Sequence record: SRR22947725_3677
Length of the DNA stretch: 20,000 bases
Direction: 5' to 3' (one strand)
The first letter of the stretch is position 1. The number at the start of each line of letters is the position of its first letter. Both the position numbers and the translations under genes were made by a program. Positions 16,263 through 20,000 of the stretch are shown here, piece after piece. The notes under the pieces were generated by a model, which made no database searches, had not been told where the DNA came from, and saw only the letters and a list, made by a program, of their open reading frames with translations.

Positions 16263-16943
16263 TAGCATGCTTCCTGCCATTACCAACATAATCGCATTTT
16301 CAATAAAGGTCGCTTCGGTCATGGGGAGCTTAAGTACACTTCCCAAGCAGGCGCATTGCATGGTTTTTTTCTGAAGAAGCACCCGAACAACACCCAGAGT
16401 GGTTACCCCAAGGATCACTAATATGAGTATTAAAATCCAATTTGGCGCATAGTCTCGAATAAGAGATATCCCAAGCCCAAGCTCAATAAACGGGTAGATC
16501 CATCCGTAAAATGGAAGTGCAGAAGCAAGCGGGTCGTATTGCTTAAAACTTGATTGAAATCCACGTAAATCCAGCAACTTGAAAAACGAAAAAACCATAA
16601 AAAATAGGGCCATTAAATCAAGCATCATCTCCCCTAAATTCATCGTTTCAAGATGAATGAAAAAAGTAGCGCCAATAATAAACCCGAAAATTAGAAACAA
16701 TGGGAACAGCTGTCTTGCTTTGGAGGGAGCTGCTAGGGTTTGGTCTTCAACTGCATATTTTTTGGGTAATGAAGCAATCAAATCCTTGGTGGGAATCGCA
16801 GGATTTGCTTGTATACTAAGCTGGCCTGTACGATGATTGGCGGTGGCTTTTGTAACCCCTGCTAATTCTACAATACTTTTTATTACGGATTGCTCGCAAC
16901 CCGAACATGTCATACCAGTAATATAAAAGACCTGTTTGGGCAT
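16257..16943 (-). CDS. Heavy-metal-associated (HMA) domain fused to MauE/DoxX-like membrane domain
   Basis: N-terminal ITGMTCSGC. Membrane domain with FSFFKLLD, YDPLA, YPFIELGLG, CACLG and TFIEN. Overlaps the convergent FMN reductase gene by 6 nt. Confidence 0.85.
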   Translation of the reverse strand: MPKQVFYITGMTCSGCEQSVIKSIVELAGVTKATANHRTGQLSIQANPAIPTKDLIASLPKKYAVEDQTLAAPSKARQLFPLFLIFGFIIGATFFIHLETMNLGEMMLDLMALFFMVFSFFKLLDLRGFQSSFKQYDPLASALPFYGWIYPFIELGLGISLIRDYAPNWILILILVILGVTTLGVVRVLLQKKTMQCACLGSVLKLPMTEATFIENAIMLVMAGSMLL

Positions 16944-16953
16944 GGCTTCATAT

Positions 16954-17670
16954 TTAGTTGATGTTCATTGGTACTTCAATCAATAAGACTTCTGCGTGTT
17001 GATGAGCACTAATTTCAAAGGTAGCCGTTTCTGTAATACCCAACGCGTCCCGACGTCCTAAAAGCTGTTCCCCAATTTCAACTTCGCCCTCAATAACAAA
17101 AGCATAGACGCCATTACCTTCTGCTTTTAGGTCATAGTACACCGATTGCGCTTCCTCTAAATCAAGCATGTGAAACCATGCATTTTGATGAATCCAAACG
17201 CCATCATCATCCGCATTGGGAGACAAAATTTGAAACGGTTCATTTTTTTTATGAAGCGTATGAATCGGAAGCTGCGCATAACGCGGTGTTACGTTGCGTG
17301 TGTCAGGAAAAATCCAAAGCTGCAATAAGTTGATTTCCTTGTCTGGATTTTTGTTGTACTCGCTGTGTTGCACACCAGTACCTGCGCTCATTACTTGAAT
17401 TTCTCCTTCTTTAATGACTTCAGCGTTTCCCATACTATCCTTATGTTCAAGGTCGCCTCGTAGAGGAATCGTGATGATTTCCATATTGTCATGTGGATGG
17501 GTTCCAAAGCCCATACCCCCTTGAACAATATCATCGTTAAGCACTCGAAGTGCACCAAACTGTATGCGTTCTGGATTAAACCATCCAGCGAAACTAAAGC
17601 TGTGTTTGGTATTGAGCCATCCATGGTCTGCACTTCCTCTAGAATCGGCAGGGTGAAAGATTGTTTGCAT
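16954..17670 (-). CDS. Pirin-family protein (YhhW-like cupin)
   Basis: RGSADHGWL, HSFSFA, FGALRVLNDD, GFGTHPHDNMEI, HKDSMG, QVMSAGTGVQHSE and LLQLWIFP motifs. Confidence 0.93.
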   Translation of the reverse strand: MQTIFHPADSRGSADHGWLNTKHSFSFAGWFNPERIQFGALRVLNDDIVQGGMGFGTHPHDNMEIITIPLRGDLEHKDSMGNAEVIKEGEIQVMSAGTGVQHSEYNKNPDKEINLLQLWIFPDTRNVTPRYAQLPIHTLHKKNEPFQILSPNADDDGVWIHQNAWFHMLDLEEAQSVYYDLKAEGNGVYAFVIEGEVEIGEQLLGRRDALGITETATFEISAHQHAEVLLIEVPMNIN

Positions 17671-17685
17671 TACTATACTGTGCTA

Positions 17686-19134
17686 TTATTTGATAAAATC
17701 GGCTACAATTTTTCCTGAAATAAGTGCTGGGGGAACACCAGGCCCTGGAACGGTAAGTTGTCCTGTAAAGTACAATCCCTTTACGGTCTTACTTTTCATT
17801 TTTGGACGTAAAAACGCAGTTTGCAGTAACGTATTTGCCATACCGTAAGCGTTTCCTTTGTAAGAATTATACACCGATTTAAACTCATTTACGCAAAACG
17901 ATTCCTTAAATAGGATGCTGTCTTTAATCGATAGGTCGGTAAGCTGATCCATTCGGTCAAGTACCATGTCTAAATACTTTTGCCTTAATTCGGGGGTGTC
18001 TTCTAAATCGGGTGCGATGGGAATCAAAATAAAACAAGCCTCTTTTCCTTTTGGTGCCATAGAAGGATCGCTTTGCGAAGGAAGGTTTACATAAAATAAC
18101 GGATCTTCTGGCCATTCGGGCGTGTCGTAAATACTGGCTGCGTGGGCATCAAAATCTACATCAAAAAACAGGTTGTGATGCGCCAAAGTATCTATTTTTT
18201 TATCCAACCCGATGTAAAACAACAAAGACGAGGGAGCAAATGTCTTTTTATCCCAATAGGCTTCTGAGTAAGCGCGCTTTTCTTTGGGTAACAAAGTTTC
18301 GGTGTGGTGGTAATCGGCTCCAGAAATGACCAAGTCGGCTTTGATTATAGCTGTACCAACACGAACCCCAACTGCAGTGCCATGCTCTACAATAATTTCT
18401 TCAACTGCTTGATCCGTTTTATAACGAACACCTAACGATTCGCCAAGTGATACCATGCCTGCCACAATTTGATACATACCCCCCTTAGGGTGCCAAGTGC
18501 CCAGTCCAAAATCGGCGTAATTCATAAAATTATAAAAAGCGGGAGTGCTTTCGGGCTTAGCGCCTAAAAACAACACTGGAAATTTTAATAGGGAGCGTAA
18601 TTTTTGGTTTTTGAATTGTTTTTCTACTTGCTTGCGTATGTTGGTAAAAAACAAGCCCACTTTTCGAACCGTCTGGGGCGTGATTAACTCTAAAGGAGAA
18701 ATCCCAGGACGGTATACCAAATCTTTGACCGCAATGTCGTAGTTGTTACGCGCTTTTTCAATAAATCGCTCAAGTTTAACGCCGCTTCCAGCCTCAATTG
18801 TTTCAAACCGTGCGGCAATTTTGGCAACACTATCCTCTACTGGAAATACGTCATCTTTACCAAAAACAACTTGGTATCCCGGAGCAAGACGATCGAGTTG
18901 ATAGTAGTCTGAAACCTTTTTCCCGAAGTCCCCAAAAAAAGATTCGAATACATCGGGCATCCAATACCATGAGGGGCCCATATCAAAAGTAAAACCGTCT
19001 TTTTTAAATTGTCGTGCACGACCACCCAACGAATCGTTCTTTTCTAATACTTCAACCTGATGTCCCTTTTGTGCCAAATAACAGGCAGCCGAAAGAGATG
19101 AAAAGCCAGATCCAATAATTATAATTTTTTTCAT
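17686..19134 (-). CDS. crtI: Phytoene desaturase
   Basis: IGSGFSSLSAA, GGRAR, FDMGPSWYWMPD, FPVLFLGA, YNSYKGNAYG and YFTGQLTVPGPGVPPALISG, typical of Bacteroidota CrtI. Confidence 0.9.
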   Translation of the reverse strand: MKKIIIIGSGFSSLSAACYLAQKGHQVEVLEKNDSLGGRARQFKKDGFTFDMGPSWYWMPDVFESFFGDFGKKVSDYYQLDRLAPGYQVVFGKDDVFPVEDSVAKIAARFETIEAGSGVKLERFIEKARNNYDIAVKDLVYRPGISPLELITPQTVRKVGLFFTNIRKQVEKQFKNQKLRSLLKFPVLFLGAKPESTPAFYNFMNYADFGLGTWHPKGGMYQIVAGMVSLGESLGVRYKTDQAVEEIIVEHGTAVGVRVGTAIIKADLVISGADYHHTETLLPKEKRAYSEAYWDKKTFAPSSLLFYIGLDKKIDTLAHHNLFFDVDFDAHAASIYDTPEWPEDPLFYVNLPSQSDPSMAPKGKEACFILIPIAPDLEDTPELRQKYLDMVLDRMDQLTDLSIKDSILFKESFCVNEFKSVYNSYKGNAYGMANTLLQTAFLRPKMKSKTVKGLYFTGQLTVPGPGVPPALISGKIVADFIK

Positions 19135-19141
19135 AGCGTGT

Positions 19142-19149
19142 CAAATTTA
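19142..19149 (-). promoter_or_regulatory. Putative -7 promoter element (TAAATTTG) for crtI
   Basis: Exact TAnnTTTG on the minus strand, ending 7 nt before the crtI ATG. Confidence 0.55.
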
Positions 19150-19286
19150 CGGCATAATTTGATGAAAAACGAGTTACGGCCCGTCAACATGTATCTAAGC
19201 ATGTGTAATTCTTATGTGGTTGATGACCTATAGATAATGATCTATTTATTAAACCTAAAGATGTATCTTTATAACAAATAACAATC

Positions 19287-19478
19287 ATGATAACATACGA
19301 ATGTAATCAGTGCGGCATGTCGGTAAAAGCTACTTGTGGTACATGTGATGTGCCTTTAGAAAATGGACACCTTACCCTAGATGACGGCAGTCAGGTACAA
19401 ATATCGCAATGCCCATCCTGCGAAGGCAAGATCAAGTCACCGCAATGTTGCGGAGCAGACATGAGCTGCGAAGTTTAA
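19287..19478 (+). CDS. Cys-rich metal-binding microprotein (63 aa, 9 Cys)
   Basis: CxxC x3 plus CCGxxM. A-rich upstream region and a TATCTTTA promoter-like box at 19264-19271. The stop overlaps the next start (TAATG). Confidence 0.75.
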   Translation: MITYECNQCGMSVKATCGTCDVPLENGHLTLDDGSQVQISQCPSCEGKIKSPQCCGADMSCEV

Positions 19479-19768
19479 TGACGCAATACACTTCTGAAAC
19501 TATTTTAGCTGCCTTAGGCGATGCTTCAGTGCATTGGCGTTGGGAAGCTGACGCGCTGCAGGCGGAATTTTCGTTTCCAGACTTTAAAACTGCTTTTGCG
19601 TTTATGACGCAAGTAGCTGCAACTGCAGAACGCCTACACCACCACCCCGATTGGAGCAATAGCTACAATAACGTTATAATAAGACTACGTACCCACGACC
19701 AAAATGCCGTTACAGGTCTTGACGTGATGCTTGCAAAAAAGATTAGTGCTTTTTGTATACACCCATAA
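19478..19768 (+). CDS. phhB: Pterin-4-alpha-carbinolamine dehydratase (PCD/PhhB family)
   Basis: Start revised from 19409 to ATG 19478 (TAATG coupling). FSFPDFKTAFAFM, AERLHHHPDW and LRTHD...VTGLDV motifs. Confidence 0.9.
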   Translation: MTQYTSETILAALGDASVHWRWEADALQAEFSFPDFKTAFAFMTQVAATAERLHHHPDWSNSYNNVIIRLRTHDQNAVTGLDVMLAKKISAFCIHP

Positions 19769-19908
19769 AATGTCTTTAAGGCAAATACTTTTTGCCCATT
19801 CTTCTCTTATAAATCGATAAATTTTCATATTCGTATTATGTATGCTTATATTTTGTGATGTATACATATTGTATAGATATTATTTTTCATTTCAATAACA
19901 TACAAGTA

Positions 19909-19916
19909 TATATTTG
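19909..19916 (+). promoter_or_regulatory. Putative -7 promoter element (TATATTTG)
   Basis: Exact TAnnTTTG match, 16 nt upstream of ATG 19933. Confidence 0.5.
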
Positions 19917-19932
19917 AACAAACTTAAAAATC

Positions 19933-20000
19933 ATGAAACAATTATATACTCTACTAATTGCATTTTTATTTGTGTATGCAAATACAAATGCACAAACTGT
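19933..20000 (+). CDS. 5' end of a secreted protein (signal peptide only; truncated by the window edge)
   Basis: MKQLYTLLIAFLFVYANTNA-QT..., a Sec signal with A-x-A|Q cleavage typical of Bacteroidota. A-rich context (AAAAATC-ATG). Confidence 0.7.
   Translation, partial: MKQLYTLLIAFLFVYANTNAQT

Noticed and set aside
12508-19134. crtD and crtI as a recent gene duplication
   Set aside because: They are distinct, highly diverged paralogous desaturase subfamilies that routinely co-occur in carotenoid pathways.
303-19867. The many 60-107 aa alternative-frame and antisense ORFs in the ORF track (e.g. 1182-1505, 2126-2434, 5572-5847, 12611-12844, 19685-19867)
   Set aside because: They lie within or opposite well-supported genes and have no recognisable motifs or signal features; they are shadow ORFs.
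1-20000. CRISPR array, IS element, prophage or defence system
   Set aside because: No regularly spaced repeats, terminal inverted repeats, transposase, integrase, phage or nuclease motifs were seen.

Overview
This 20 kb window looks like a Bacteroidota genome, most likely a marine Flavobacteriia member, judged from SusC/SusD, T9SS sorting domains and TAnnTTTG-type promoters. The left block (1-11732, + strand) is the 3' part of a sulfated-polysaccharide utilisation locus (PUL). It holds a truncated SusC, SusD, three Cys-type S1 sulfatases, a small helical periplasmic protein, a T9SS-secreted non-catalytic protein and a multidomain T9SS-secreted GH128-like glycoside hydrolase. The two secreted proteins share three copies of a ~100-aa module that I cannot assign to a known family; it is a candidate new carbohydrate-binding module. 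The right block has tRNA-Arg(CCT), a crtA-crtD-cruF (myxol-type carotenoid) operon, a beta-propeller-like protein, an FMN reductase, a crtI-pirin-HMA/MauE unit, a 9-Cys microprotein coupled to a pterin dehydratase, and the start of a secreted protein. The most striking micro-feature is the tRNA-Arg gene: it supplies the last codons and the stop codon of cruF, and it is flanked by an 8-bp direct repeat. All family assignments come from reading motifs by eye; no searches were run.
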